Shown: one piece after another, positions 19,967-28,910 of the stretch
Layout: every line of letters starts with the position of its first letter
How positions within the stretch are numbered: position 1 is the stretch's first letter
NCBI GenBank assembly: GCA_016932785.1
Contig: JAFGCJ010000002.1
Location: 209,777-273,776, forward strand
DNA: 64,000 bases
Direction: 5' to 3'
From: Candidatus Dojkabacteria bacterium
GTDB lineage: Bacteria; Patescibacteriota; Dojkabacteria; SC72; JAFGCJ01
Notes under the pieces: model-generated
Database searches by the model: none
What the model saw: the letters and a program-made list of their open reading frames with translations, nothing else
What the model was told of the DNA's origin: nothing
Position numbers and translations under genes: made by a program

Positions 19967-20974
19967 ATGTCACCAAAAAAAGTTCAACCAGATACACCTT
20001 CTAGTGATAACAAAGGTGTTATTACTCTATCCAACCCGACCTCTTCAACAAAGACCAGCAAGTCCGAAAAATCAAGCAAATCTGCTGGTTCTGAATCTCC
20101 AGAGAACAAATCCTCTGTCGGAAAAGTCCTCGGAGGCCTTTTTGTTATAGTAGGCCTTGCTCTAGTCGGACTGTTGATCATAATCTTCGTTATATCAAGA
20201 CTTCCATACAGGAAAGATTCAAGTCTACCGATTCCAACTCTTGAAAAACTTGACGAAGAAACAAGAGAAGATGAAGTAGATATTAAGGGGGAAACTATCC
20301 CAGGAGAGACAGTCATGCTTTTCAAGGATGGGGAAATGCTCGACCAAAAGGAGAAAGCTGATAATGACGGCAACTTCGAATTTGAAAAGGTCGAACTTGA
20401 TGAAGAAGGAGATACTGACTTCGAGGCAGTCACCGTAAGAGGCTCGGTATTTAAAAAGAGAAGCGAGAAGTCGAATAAAGTCACAATGGACGTCGACTGG
20501 ACCGCCCCATCCAGCAAAGTCTCATTGGATTATGATGAAGAAAGTACTGGCGACAAAGCTACTGTGAAAGGAAAAGCCGAAAAAAACTCATATGTAATTC
20601 TTGAAAACGAGGATAATGAATACGAGACCAAAACAGATAAAGACGGTAACTTCGAGTTCAAAGATGTTCAACTTTCCAAAGGTGAGAACACATACGATGT
20701 CAGTGTCCGCGACGAAGCTGGTAACGAGGTCCTGTCCTCATCAGAAGTAAAGATCACCTATGAAGCAGGAGACATAAATGGAAACGGAGCCACTGACAGC
20801 AAAGAAGATACCGGTAAATCAGAGCAATTACCCGAGTCTGCAGGTAGTCTCGAAGAAGCTTTAACAGAGATACTCGGAAACAGACTCATGTTCATATTAG
20901 GAATGCTAGTGGTACTGGCCTTCAGCGCGAGCGGAACAGCAGCTTATATCTACAGCATCAGACAGAAAAAGTAA
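19967..20974 (+). CDS. surface protein with two Ig-like repeats and a C-terminal LPESAG sorting-like signal
   Basis: Internal repeats DNDGNFEFEKVEL and DKDGNFEFKDVQL. The C-terminus is LPESAG, about 20 aa, a hydrophobic helix, then RQKK. It is divergent from the sortase gene. Confidence 0.7.
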   Translation: MSPKKVQPDTPSSDNKGVITLSNPTSSTKTSKSEKSSKSAGSESPENKSSVGKVLGGLFVIVGLALVGLLIIIFVISRLPYRKDSSLPIPTLEKLDEETREDEVDIKGETIPGETVMLFKDGEMLDQKEKADNDGNFEFEKVELDEEGDTDFEAVTVRGSVFKKRSEKSNKVTMDVDWTAPSSKVSLDYDEESTGDKATVKGKAEKNSYVILENEDNEYETKTDKDGNFEFKDVQLSKGENTYDVSVRDEAGNEVLSSSEVKITYEAGDINGNGATDSKEDTGKSEQLPESAGSLEEALTEILGNRLMFILGMLVVLAFSASGTAAYIYSIRQKK

Positions 20975-20983
20975 AACAGAAAC

Positions 20984-21754
20984 TTACTTGTCGGCCTGGG
21001 ATCCAGAGATCTCAGGTCGATGTACAATAACCATTCTCCCCAGATCACCGGAATATACTTTGAAATTAAAGACCGTTGTAAGTGTATCAGGAGATAAATC
21101 CGACTCACTTATTTCAGGAAAAACTTTCGGCGTAAGATCAGTCTTGATCAATATCCACAATTTATCTGTCACCAATCCAGTTACACTGGCATTGCTGGAT
21201 AAAAATGATCTAATATCTGTTTCTGAGAAAAAAGAATACCATGATCCAGATCTCCCATCTTGCGAATTCGAATCTGTGTGCGGCGGATGGGTATGCATAT
21301 TGAATAGAAACTGAACAACTACCCTCTTTTTATTCTTAAGTTCACGCAGCGGTACTGTTTTCTTAGAATAAACATTTGCATCGACCTTTACTATTTTCTC
21401 GGCATATTGGGATGTGGCAGATACTTGTTTATAGGAGACTTTAATGCTTTGCTTGGGTATATTTACTTTGGAAGCCTCTCCCCTCACACTATGTGTGACG
21501 ACGACATCGCCATCAGCCCACCACACATTAATAGCTCTTTCATGCTTATCCCCTGAGGTATGCCTATGTATTTCTGTAACCTTTTGCCAAAAGTCTGAAG
21601 GAAACGAAATGGCATTAGGAAGGAGATTGTAAGTCTGATAATTTCCACTATCATTCCAATGAACAATCTGTCCTCTAAGAGAATTGAAATGAACAGAAGA
21701 AATCTTGTTCGAAGGTCTAAATATGTTAATAATATTATCCCAAAAGTTGCTCAT
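20984..21754 (-). CDS. hypothetical protein with a JAB/MPN-like HTHP...SETD motif
   Basis: MHTHPPH...SFFSETD resembles HxH...SxxD of JAMM metalloproteases, but with a longer spacer. Confidence 0.4.
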   Translation of the reverse strand: MSNFWDNIINIFRPSNKISSVHFNSLRGQIVHWNDSGNYQTYNLLPNAISFPSDFWQKVTEIHRHTSGDKHERAINVWWADGDVVVTHSVRGEASKVNIPKQSIKVSYKQVSATSQYAEKIVKVDANVYSKKTVPLRELKNKKRVVVQFLFNMHTHPPHTDSNSQDGRSGSWYSFFSETDIRSFLSSNASVTGLVTDKLWILIKTDLTPKVFPEISESDLSPDTLTTVFNFKVYSGDLGRMVIVHRPEISGSQADK

Positions 21755-22416
21755 TGAATTATTTTGATATAATCGGCCAAGAATACTTACTCAGTATCCC
21801 AAAAATGAAGACAATATTCAAGAAATTATATAGAAACTTGCACTGGATTATAGTTATATTTCTATTCCTTTATACCTTAATCCCGATACTTTCTCCGGTA
21901 CTATTTCACTTTGGCTACTATAGAAGCGCCTGGTGGATACAGACAATATACCGGTTTCTATGTCATCAAAGACCTGAACGCTCGCTTTTTCTGTTCGGCG
22001 AGAAGATCAGCTATTCTTTGAATGAACTCGAAAAACTTGGATACAATACAAAAGTAACCGGTTACCCATTTGTCGGAAACGAATACATCGGTTACAAAAT
22101 TGCCTTTTGTACAAGAGACACCTTTATTTATGGATTGATGACAATTACCGGATTCATAACCAATCTTTCCAAGAAAAAGATTTCTGTCAAATACTGGGTT
22201 GTAATTTTGCTTGTCCTTCCGATGATTCTTGACGGTACAATCCAATTTATTTCTGAATTCTTATACCTGGGGCAGGACACATTTAATCTCACGGTACAGC
22301 ATCCTTTCTACCTAAGTAATAACCTAAATCGAGCTATAACAGGAGGACTATTTGGTACCGGAATAGGTCTGGTTATTTTTCCCGAGCTTAAAACAGCCAC
22401 AAGGGAAGACTACTAG
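21754..22416 (+). CDS. DUF2085-like membrane protein
   Basis: CHQRPERSLF motif and multiple TM segments. Confidence 0.6.
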   Translation: MNYFDIIGQEYLLSIPKMKTIFKKLYRNLHWIIVIFLFLYTLIPILSPVLFHFGYYRSAWWIQTIYRFLCHQRPERSLFLFGEKISYSLNELEKLGYNTKVTGYPFVGNEYIGYKIAFCTRDTFIYGLMTITGFITNLSKKKISVKYWVVILLVLPMILDGTIQFISEFLYLGQDTFNLTVQHPFYLSNNLNRAITGGLFGTGIGLVIFPELKTATREDY

Positions 22417-22474
22417 CCCAGAGTTTCGTATCCCTGCTTCGCTGAAGCCTAACATCATGATATAATCTTACATA

Positions 22475-23563
22475 ATGTCAAAATCTCAAACCCAAACACT
22501 ACGAATCGAGATATCTCCAAAGACAATATTCCTAATACTTGGAATTATTGCAGGGATAGCATTTCTTTTGACTATACGAGACGTATTAATCATCTTCTTC
22601 TGGTCATTTGTCTTCGGATCAGCAGCAATTCCAATTGTTAAAAGGCTTACAAAGCTTAAAATACCAAGATGGGCTGCAGTAGTTCTTGTATATCTTGGGA
22701 TATCAATTCTTGCAATAGGCCTTTTTTCCGCCATTTCTGTTCCGTTGGCCAAGGAGGTCGTAAATTTATCCGATAATCTACCAACAATATCCAAGCGAAT
22801 AGTTGGAATAATTAACAAAATCGGCGAACTAATAGGTTTAAATAAGGACATCATTGAGACTTCATCAATAGACAGTTCTTTCACACCTATCGAAGAGAAA
22901 ATCTCTGAAGGTCTAAAGGATTTACTATCAGCAAGCGCAGGAGGATTTCCTGGAATAGTAAGACTTCTTGTTTCACTCTTCGGAGGTATGCTAAACGTTT
23001 TTTCTGTTTTCACTATCTCTTTCTACATAGCACTTGACCACGATAATTTTCTCGATGCCCTACTTAAAGCCATTCCGAACCGAGACCTTAGTAAAAAAAT
23101 CGACAAGCTTCTTTCAGATATCGAGACAAAACTTGGGAACTGGATCGTCGGCCAATTTACCGTAAGCTCAATTACCGGGTTTATTATCTGGCTCATGCTA
23201 ACAATAGCAGGCGTTCCCTACGCTCTACCTCTTGCTCTCTTTGGATTCCTTGTTGACTCTATACCAACAATCGGTGCCACCCTAGCAACAGTACCAACCG
23301 TATTGATCTTGCTTGCAAGTGGTACCCCAGTTCAACTTATCGTAGTCATTGTAGGATACATACTCATTCAGCAATTCGAAAACAACATCGTGATCCCAAG
23401 GGTCATGTCTTCAGCAATAGGACTGCCTCCAGTAGTTGTTATTCTAACCCTATTAGTGGGCGCAAAGCTTTTCGGCTTTATGGGCGTACTACTTGCAATA
23501 CCTATCGCGACTATTTTGAAATTGATACTTGATTTCATATCCCAGACTAACTCTCAAGATTGA
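22475..23563 (+). CDS. AI-2E family transporter (PerM-like)
   Basis: Polytopic protein with SIPTIGATLATVP and QQFENNIVIPRVM blocks. Confidence 0.8.
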   Translation: MSKSQTQTLRIEISPKTIFLILGIIAGIAFLLTIRDVLIIFFWSFVFGSAAIPIVKRLTKLKIPRWAAVVLVYLGISILAIGLFSAISVPLAKEVVNLSDNLPTISKRIVGIINKIGELIGLNKDIIETSSIDSSFTPIEEKISEGLKDLLSASAGGFPGIVRLLVSLFGGMLNVFSVFTISFYIALDHDNFLDALLKAIPNRDLSKKIDKLLSDIETKLGNWIVGQFTVSSITGFIIWLMLTIAGVPYALPLALFGFLVDSIPTIGATLATVPTVLILLASGTPVQLIVVIVGYILIQQFENNIVIPRVMSSAIGLPPVVVILTLLVGAKLFGFMGVLLAIPIATILKLILDFISQTNSQD

Positions 23564-23624
23564 CACACTTAGAACATAAAACTACAATAGTAGTCGAGTA
23601 ATAACACATTATTAGGACTGCCCT

Positions 23625-26198
23625 ATGAGTCTTATAAACCCAAAAAATGAAGTAAGAATATTTGTGGACGAGGATTTTACTGCCAACGACGTAAAAGAAG
23701 AATTGGTTGGCAGGAAAGGGTATTCCCTATTTCGGCTTAGAGATATGGATGTACCGGTCCCCTCGTTTATGTGTATATCATCAGGTCTTTTCTCAGAGTA
23801 CATCGCTTCATCTTTAGGATCGCTTACATCAAGCGCATCAATTTCAGAGATCAACAAAAAAATTCTCGAAGGCAACTTTCCCGATCCACTTAAAGAGGAG
23901 ATCCAAAGAGGTTACTCAAGGCTATCAGGTTTCACCGATTCCTGGGTTGCCGTACGGTCATCCATTGTTCCACCAATAAATCAAAAAGAACTGGCATTTT
24001 CAGGACTACTCGACACTGTACTCAACGTGAAGGGTGTTGATGATCTACTTGCTGCTATTAAAAAAGTATACGCAAGTGCATTTACAGAGAGAGTCGCCTC
24101 TTATCTAAGAGCAACAAATTCATCAATAGCTGAAATAAAGGTATCAATAGTCGTTCAAAAAATGATCCAAGCAGAAGCTTCAGGAATTGTTTTCACTATT
24201 GATCCTATTTCACAGAATAGTGAGTACCTAACTGTTGAGTCTGTATTTGGATTAGGCGATGTTATTGCAGCGGGTGAATTAACACCGGATCAGTACATAA
24301 TCAACAAAAAAACCCTAGACTTCAAAGAGAAGCGTATTGTTCCCCAGGAATGGATGATGGTCAGAAAGGTAAAACACAAAGATGGAGAAGGTGCCACACA
24401 AAAGGTCCGAATTTCCAAGGCTTGGCAACACCAACAAAAGCTGGATAACAGATACTTAGAGGAACTGGCAAAGATTTCGATGACAATAGAGCAGAAAGCC
24501 TCTGGTCCTCAGGATATAGAATGGGTTTTTGAAGGTGGCCGGCTATGGATTTTACAAACACAAGACGTCAAGCCCGTATCGATCGAGAAAACTGAACCCG
24601 ACCCTACCCTCAAGATCGACAAAGACATAATAGACTCTGCAAAAGCCATAGCAGAACGAGAACAATCAAAAAAGAAGATTATGGAAGAACTTGCCAAAGA
24701 GAGAGAAGAGCATCCATCAAAAGAAACAATAAAACCAAAAGAAAATCATAAGAACGAGGAAGAGGTATTTGCGGCAAAGCCATTCAACAGACAGGTTGTC
24801 CAAGCCCCAAGAAAGGAAAAATCTAAGGTTGAAAGAAGAGAAATTCAAAATATTCCACCTCACAAAGGAGAACGGCTGGTACTTACCGGAATTGGTGCAA
24901 GCAATGGATCATATAGGGGCGAAGCCGTCATTATCCAGAACGCAGACGAAATTAAAGAGAATGAACCACGCCTCAAGAAAGACTTCGTTTTAGTATTTCC
25001 AGATTTCTTTCCGGAGCTGGAAAAATACATTACTAAGGCCGGGGCTATTGTTTCCGACCAGGGTGGAATTACAAGCGATATAGCTATCAGGTGTCGCGAG
25101 CAAGGAATTCCCTGCATAATGGGAAGCCACATTGCTAGTCATATGATCAAACAGGGAGAACCTATTCTTATCGATGGAAATGTTGGTGCCGTTTATGGTG
25201 TAAGAGAAGTCGCCCCTCCAAGTAAGAGTGAAGATCTGCCACAATCTCAAAATGAGAAGCCTCAAGACATAGAGATTAAAGCCGAACCTGCAGAGGTTAA
25301 GGCCCAAGAACAAGAGCCAGAACCTGTCACCGCAAAAATACGGACCGCTACAAAAGTATTTATAGACCTATCAGACTCCTATCTCAAGGGAGAGAAATGG
25401 GAAGAAATGATACCGGAATCTGACGGTGTAGCAACAATTCAGGTCGAGGACATCTATAAAAAGTTCAAGCGACACCCCGAAGCCTACATCGAAGAAGGAA
25501 AATCCAAAGAACTTATAGATAATATAGCTAATGAGCTTTCAGCGGTATGCGAACGCTCAGAAGGAAACACTGTCATCGCAACAATCGGCAGCATGACCGT
25601 CGACGAGTATCAAAAACTTGTCAAAGGATCATCTTACGAAAAATGGACAGACGAAAGCGGTATAAAAGATCACTCAGCTGGACTTCCCCGCCTCTTACAA
25701 AGACCAAAAGAATTGGATCTATTTTTTAAAGCTATAAGGACTGTTAGAAATAAGCACGGCTGGAGAAACATCTCCATTGGCGTTAACTTTCCTACGACAA
25801 CAAAGAACTTCATCGAATTCAAGAAGCTTCTCAGCGCAGCAAAACTCAGAAGATCCTCAACATTCAAAGTATTTCATGTAATCGACACCCCCTCTGAGGC
25901 TATGACGTCCGAAGAGTTCGTTGAGATAGGCATAGATGGAGCAGTAATCAATGTAAACAGCCTAGCCAAACTAATGATGGCACCAGCTCTAGATGACGAG
26001 AGTGTTTTAAAGATTATAGACAAAATATCACAGAGCTGGAGAGGATCCACAGTGATAATTCAAACCTCCAAAGATTCAGAGAAATTGATCGAACGCGCTG
26101 TTAGAGTTGGTTCCTACGGTCTTGCTGTACAACCAAATGAACTCACAGAAGCCAGACTGTCAGTCTCACAAACAGAAGCCAAAATTGCCTTATCATAG
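23625..26198 (+). CDS. PEP synthase / pyruvate phosphate dikinase-like protein with a degenerate swivel and C-terminal domain
   Basis: Nucleotide-binding N-domain blocks: VAVRSS, VVQKMIQAEASGIVFT, DIEWVF..LWILQTQ. The swivel block GGITSDIAIRCREQGIPC stands where GGxTSHAAIxARExGIP is expected. The C-terminal part resembles the PEP-utilising TIM barrel only weakly. Confidence 0.75.
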   Translation: MSLINPKNEVRIFVDEDFTANDVKEELVGRKGYSLFRLRDMDVPVPSFMCISSGLFSEYIASSLGSLTSSASISEINKKILEGNFPDPLKEEIQRGYSRLSGFTDSWVAVRSSIVPPINQKELAFSGLLDTVLNVKGVDDLLAAIKKVYASAFTERVASYLRATNSSIAEIKVSIVVQKMIQAEASGIVFTIDPISQNSEYLTVESVFGLGDVIAAGELTPDQYIINKKTLDFKEKRIVPQEWMMVRKVKHKDGEGATQKVRISKAWQHQQKLDNRYLEELAKISMTIEQKASGPQDIEWVFEGGRLWILQTQDVKPVSIEKTEPDPTLKIDKDIIDSAKAIAEREQSKKKIMEELAKEREEHPSKETIKPKENHKNEEEVFAAKPFNRQVVQAPRKEKSKVERREIQNIPPHKGERLVLTGIGASNGSYRGEAVIIQNADEIKENEPRLKKDFVLVFPDFFPELEKYITKAGAIVSDQGGITSDIAIRCREQGIPCIMGSHIASHMIKQGEPILIDGNVGAVYGVREVAPPSKSEDLPQSQNEKPQDIEIKAEPAEVKAQEQEPEPVTAKIRTATKVFIDLSDSYLKGEKWEEMIPESDGVATIQVEDIYKKFKRHPEAYIEEGKSKELIDNIANELSAVCERSEGNTVIATIGSMTVDEYQKLVKGSSYEKWTDESGIKDHSAGLPRLLQRPKELDLFFKAIRTVRNKHGWRNISIGVNFPTTTKNFIEFKKLLSAAKLRRSSTFKVFHVIDTPSEAMTSEEFVEIGIDGAVINVNSLAKLMMAPALDDESVLKIIDKISQSWRGSTVIIQTSKDSEKLIERAVRVGSYGLAVQPNELTEARLSVSQTEAKIALS

Positions 26199-26273
26199 GC
26201 TAAATTGCCCACAAAAATAATCTTAGAACCCATCGATAAACGCATGACAACTAATACTGTATAATCCCTGCAT

Positions 26274-28910
26274 ATGACCAACAAAATGACGCCTATGATG
26301 CGTCAGTACAACAATCTTAAACAACAGTACAAGGATAAAATACTTCTTTTTCGCATGGGAGATTTTTATGAGACCTTTGGAGAAGATGCAAAGATTACAG
26401 CCAAGGTCCTTAATATTGCTTTAACAACGAGAGATAAGAATGATGACCCTACTCCTCTTGCCGGATTTCCTCATCATGCAATAGATCAATATCTTCATAA
26501 ATTTGTTCAGGCAGGGTATAAGGTCGCAATAGCGGATCAAGTTGAAGACCCAAGTCAAGCCAAAGGCATCGTCAGACGGGAAGTAATAAGAGTTGTAACG
26601 CCCGGTACGGTAACAGAAGACAAATCACTCGACGAAAATCAGAATAATTTTCTTGCCTCCGTATATTTTTCCAACAAAGTATACGGCATAGCCCTCTGCG
26701 ACCTTTCAACGGGAGAATTTCGGGTTACAGAGACAAAGGATAGATCAAGAATGAGAGATGAGATTGCAAGAATTAATCCCTCGGAGATCCTCATCGCTCC
26801 TCATTCCGATTTTTCAGACCTCTCAGATTATTCCATCCAACCCATTGAAGACTATAGTTTCGACGAAAAAGATGCCAAGGAAATTCTAACCAACCACTAC
26901 AACATAAAAAGTCTTGCCTCATTTGGAATAAATAATTACAAATCTGCTATTGCTGCAGCAGGGGCCATTATCTTTTATCTCGAAGAAACTCAGAAGACAG
27001 AAGTTTCTCACCTTCAGACTATTCAATACTACGACTTAAACGGAAATATGATTTTAGATTCGGCCACCATCAGGAACCTCGACCTTCTATATTCTGAAGG
27101 GGAACATGGAAAAAAGAGTACCTTAATATCCGTTATTGACAGAACGAAAACATCCCACGGCGGAAGGGTTCTTAGACAATGGATTCTACACCCGTTGATA
27201 AACGCAATAGAAATATCTGACCGACTCAATCTAGTTGATACATTATTTCAAAACCCTTCTCTGTTAACTAACGTTCAAGAAATACTTCGAAATATTTCTG
27301 ATCTTGAAAGACTGTGCGGAAAACTCGGCCTTAACAGAGCAAACGGAAGAGACCTAAACGGAATATCTGAATCGATAGAGCACTGTTTTGAGCTTCAAAA
27401 AGCTCTGAAAGACGAACAGACATTTACCTCATTACTAAAAGAATTTACAAAATCCAGACATAGAATAATCGAAATGAAAAAGCTCATCGATAATTCAATT
27501 GTGAAGAACCCTCCTATAACAATAACTGAAGGTAACATAATAAAAGAAGGATATAGTAAAGAAGTAGATGACATAAGAAGCAAATCAGGAGGCAGCAGAA
27601 AATGGATATCAGAACTCGAAAACAAGGAACGAGAGAGAACGGGTATACCATCTCTTAAAGTCAAATCAAACAAAGTCTTCGGCTACTATATTGAGGTCAC
27701 AAATACTCACAAAGATAAAATCCCCGAAGACTATATTCGAAAACAAACTCTTGTGAACTGCGAAAGATATATAACCCCCGAACTAAAAGAAAAAGAAGAA
27801 ATTGTTTTCAACGCCCAGGAAAAACTCGCGGAATTAGAATACGAGTGCTTTCAAGAGATTAGAACCAAAGTTCTTAAAGAGATTGATACTATTCAGAGAA
27901 TTTCCCAAATCATAGCGCAAATTGATGCAATATCATCCTTAGCTGAGTCCGCGAGAGTCAATGACTACAGCAGGCCAGAAATTTTTGATCTTGGCGAAAA
28001 AGATGGCTTAATCGATATCAAGAATGCCAGACATCCAATAGTTGAAAAGACAATCGACGAGGAATTTATAAGCAATGATATTACAATGGATTCAAAGGAG
28101 AATCGTCTACTAATTCTAACCGGTCCAAATATGTCTGGAAAATCCACATACATACGTCAGACTGCGCTCATTCTTCTAATGGCTCAGATAGGAAGTTTTA
28201 TACCGGCAAGTTCAGCACGAATTTCAATTACCGACAGAATTTTCACAAGAGTCGGTGCGTCTGACGATCTCTCTGCTGGAAGAAGCACCTTCCTGGTAGA
28301 AATGGACGAGGCGGCAAATATAATCAACAACGCCACTCATAATAGCTTCATTGTACTAGACGAGATTGGACGAGGAACAAGCACCTATGACGGTGTATCA
28401 ATAGCCTGGGCAATTGCCGAATATATCCACAACAGTGTTAGAGCAAGATGTGTATTTGCTACACACTACCACGAGCTTCTTAAACTCGAATCAGAACTAG
28501 ACGGAGTAAAAAACTACAACATTGCCGTACTAGAAAAAGACGACAATATTACATTCCTAAGGAAAATTGAGAAAGGCGGAACAGATAAGAGTTACGGAAT
28601 TTACGTTGCCAAAATGGCCGGACTTCCAGATTCATTGATCCAGAGAGCCAAAGAAATCCTTAACGGCTTTGAACAAGAAAACATGTTCGGAGTAAGAAGT
28701 GAACCCGTAAGAAAAAGTAAAAAAGAAAAGGTCACTGAACAGCAACCGATTGAAGATGATCACCAAGACCAGCTAAACTTTATGGACAGCTCAAACTCAA
28801 TTCCAAATCTTTTTAGTGATCTGGAAGATATTGATATCAACCACATTACCCCGGTTGAAGCACTTAGACTTCTTGAGAAATGGAAACGGAGACTTACTCG
28901 TCAGTCTTAA
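26274..28910 (+). CDS. mutS: DNA mismatch repair protein MutS
   Basis: N-terminal MMRQY..KQQY..LLFRMGDFYE, Walker A TGPNMSGKST and DEIGRGTSTYDG. Confidence 0.95.
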   Translation: MTNKMTPMMRQYNNLKQQYKDKILLFRMGDFYETFGEDAKITAKVLNIALTTRDKNDDPTPLAGFPHHAIDQYLHKFVQAGYKVAIADQVEDPSQAKGIVRREVIRVVTPGTVTEDKSLDENQNNFLASVYFSNKVYGIALCDLSTGEFRVTETKDRSRMRDEIARINPSEILIAPHSDFSDLSDYSIQPIEDYSFDEKDAKEILTNHYNIKSLASFGINNYKSAIAAAGAIIFYLEETQKTEVSHLQTIQYYDLNGNMILDSATIRNLDLLYSEGEHGKKSTLISVIDRTKTSHGGRVLRQWILHPLINAIEISDRLNLVDTLFQNPSLLTNVQEILRNISDLERLCGKLGLNRANGRDLNGISESIEHCFELQKALKDEQTFTSLLKEFTKSRHRIIEMKKLIDNSIVKNPPITITEGNIIKEGYSKEVDDIRSKSGGSRKWISELENKERERTGIPSLKVKSNKVFGYYIEVTNTHKDKIPEDYIRKQTLVNCERYITPELKEKEEIVFNAQEKLAELEYECFQEIRTKVLKEIDTIQRISQIIAQIDAISSLAESARVNDYSRPEIFDLGEKDGLIDIKNARHPIVEKTIDEEFISNDITMDSKENRLLILTGPNMSGKSTYIRQTALILLMAQIGSFIPASSARISITDRIFTRVGASDDLSAGRSTFLVEMDEAANIINNATHNSFIVLDEIGRGTSTYDGVSIAWAIAEYIHNSVRARCVFATHYHELLKLESELDGVKNYNIAVLEKDDNITFLRKIEKGGTDKSYGIYVAKMAGLPDSLIQRAKEILNGFEQENMFGVRSEPVRKSKKEKVTEQQPIEDDHQDQLNFMDSSNSIPNLFSDLEDIDINHITPVEALRLLEKWKRRLTRQS

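Noticed and set aside
28894-28910. 17-bp convergent overlap of the mutS and hisS 3' ends
   Set aside because: This is ordinary compaction in a dense genome, with no additional structure noticed.
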